NCBI GenBank assembly: GCA_016186635.1
Contig: JACPLI010000003.1
Coordinates: 1 to 58,907 of the forward strand
From: Candidatus Liptonbacteria bacterium
Lineage (GTDB): Bacteria; Patescibacteriota; Minisyncoccia; UBA6257; 2-01-FULL-56-20
Direction: 5' to 3'
DNA: 58,907 bases
Positions 57,765 to 58,907 of this stretch are shown here, one piece after another; position 1 is the stretch's first letter; every line of letters begins with the position of its first letter. The position numbers and the translations under genes are program-made. The notes beneath the pieces were generated by a model. It did no database searches, was not told the origin of the DNA, and saw nothing but the letters and a program-made list of their open reading frames with translations.

Positions 57765-57824
57765 ATAGCCACTAGGAATTAGCCCTTCCCGCCGGCCAGG
57801 CAGGCATTAGAATTTAGTTTTTTT

Positions 57825-57858
57825 GGAAGTCCGATTTCCTAAGGGAAGTCGGACTTCC
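57825..57858. repeat. Paired REP-like palindromes GGAAGTC(G/C)GACTTCC, copy 2
   Basis: GGAAGTCCGATTTCC-TAAG-GGAAGTCGGACTTCC. Confidence 0.75.
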
Positions 57859-58042
57859 TTAATATTGGGAGTCTCGCATTCGCTAACTTGCGGAGCGGGG
57901 CTTTGTGGTTTTGGAGCGCGGGCGTAGAACGAAACATATGAAGCGAAACTACCTCATCGCGGTAATGAGGAAAACGACCCCGCGCATGCGGCGCGGTACC
58001 CCCAACTTTTACAAAAAGTTGGTGCGAGGGTATAGTATCCGT

Positions 58043-58255
58043 ATGTCCGAGGCGGATAAAAAGATCGTAACAAAAGAACAACTCATAGAACGGTTGCAAG
58101 AGTTGGCCGGAAGCACAGAGGGATGGTCGGAGCAAAACCACAAAGGAGAAAGCCCTGAAAGCGCGCATGTGAAGGCAGACAGAGCGCTCCTCGAATATAT
58201 CGGGGATGAAGAAGTTACAAAGGTATTTGATAGCGTTGATAAGTGGTATGCATAA
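58043..58255 (+). CDS. Small hypothetical protein ending KWYA (phage-like small protein)
   Basis: TTTACA-N17-TATAGT, then 6 nt to ATG; ESAHVKAD.ALLEYIGDEEV...KWYA. Confidence 0.6.
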   Translation: MSEADKKIVTKEQLIERLQELAGSTEGWSEQNHKGESPESAHVKADRALLEYIGDEEVTKVFDSVDKWYA

Positions 58256-58258
58256 TTT

Positions 58259-58786
58259 ATGAGTAAAAAAGAACTATTCTCGATTGCAGTTGCGGTGCTC
58301 GTCGTGGGCGGGGGAGCGTATTGGTATAGCCAATATAAAACCTCGTATACAGAAGAGAAAAAATCCGAGACGAATGTACAAAATGTCTCTCCGCAAAGTT
58401 ACTCGTTCAAAGGTTTGTCGAAGCGCGTGCCCGAAAGAAAGTGGAACGACGTGTTTGTAGAGGTATATAAAAATGGAGAGCTAGTGCGATCGGTTAAGGT
58501 TGGGGAGGACGAGGCGAAGGCTTCGCAATTTACTATTTCTCCCGATGGAAGATATGTTGCGTTTGCGATTGGCACGGCAGGCGGGACGTGCGTGTATTTC
58601 GAGGACCCGTATGCAATAAATTTGGAGACTTTTTCAGTGGTCGCGTTTACCGCCGAAGACCCCAAGGAAAGAGAATCGTGGTTTCCGGGCAAAGATTGGG
58701 CTGCCACGCCCATTGAGCGTATCGCGTGGACCTCGAATAATGAAGTTGAGGCAACATTCCGGCTGGGGATGAAATTTGGGGGTTAA
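58259..58786 (+). CDS. Hypothetical membrane-anchored protein with a beta-propeller-like (ISPDGRYVAF) motif
   Basis: N-terminal TM; FTISPDGRYVAF. Confidence 0.65.
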   Translation: MSKKELFSIAVAVLVVGGGAYWYSQYKTSYTEEKKSETNVQNVSPQSYSFKGLSKRVPERKWNDVFVEVYKNGELVRSVKVGEDEAKASQFTISPDGRYVAFAIGTAGGTCVYFEDPYAINLETFSVVAFTAEDPKERESWFPGKDWAATPIERIAWTSNNEVEATFRLGMKFGG

Positions 58787-58816
58787 GGGAACTTTCGTGT
58801 TGGTTTTTTGAGTGTC

Positions 58817-58894
58817 GGCAGACGAAAAAGCTCGATATAGTCAAACTTTTTCGTCTGCCTTGACCGGAAGATAGACATCCGATTGTCTATCTTC
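58817..58894. repeat. Two consecutive hairpins (14-bp and 11-bp stems)
   Basis: GGCAGACGAAAAAG..CTTTTTCGTCTGCC; GAAGATAGACA-TCCGAT-TGTCTATCTTC. Confidence 0.65.
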
Positions 58895-58907
58895 ATGCAA
58901 AAACACA

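Overview
A GC-rich bacterial chromosomal segment, most likely from a Patescibacteria/CPR (Parcubacteria-type) genome. That assignment is inferred from gene content and intergenic style, not from a search. Standard code 11 applies: TGA stops overlap the next ATG. Housekeeping genes sit at both ends (gpmI and rny on the left; dsbA-like, glutaredoxin, trxB-like, an AbrB/RelE toxin-antitoxin pair and CIRCE-regulated groES-groEL on the right). Between them is a ~47 kb surface-glycan locus (~4956-51864) with an O-antigen-ligase-type protein, gmd plus three Fcl-like paralogs, an aminotransferase, C-/O-methyltransferases, many glycosyltransferases, an ADP-heptose-type set, a split transketolase cassette, Wzx and an initiating phosphoglycosyl transferase. 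Main leads: (1) a cassette at 32110-42311 whose family composition matches the lincomycin LmbR/N/P/K/O/M/L/Z GDP-octose pathway, here inside a cell-surface glycan locus; (2) a two-copy, covarying three-way-junction element at 18776-18865 and 45784-45887 that I cannot assign to a known family; (3) oriented ~90-160 nt intergenic hairpin families, several running from a stop codon to the next ATG; (4) many -10 boxes 6-10 nt before start codons, suggesting leaderless transcription; (5) short palindromic repeats, two apparently inserted in frame into enzymes. All product calls come from motif recognition by eye. No database search or folding computation was run.
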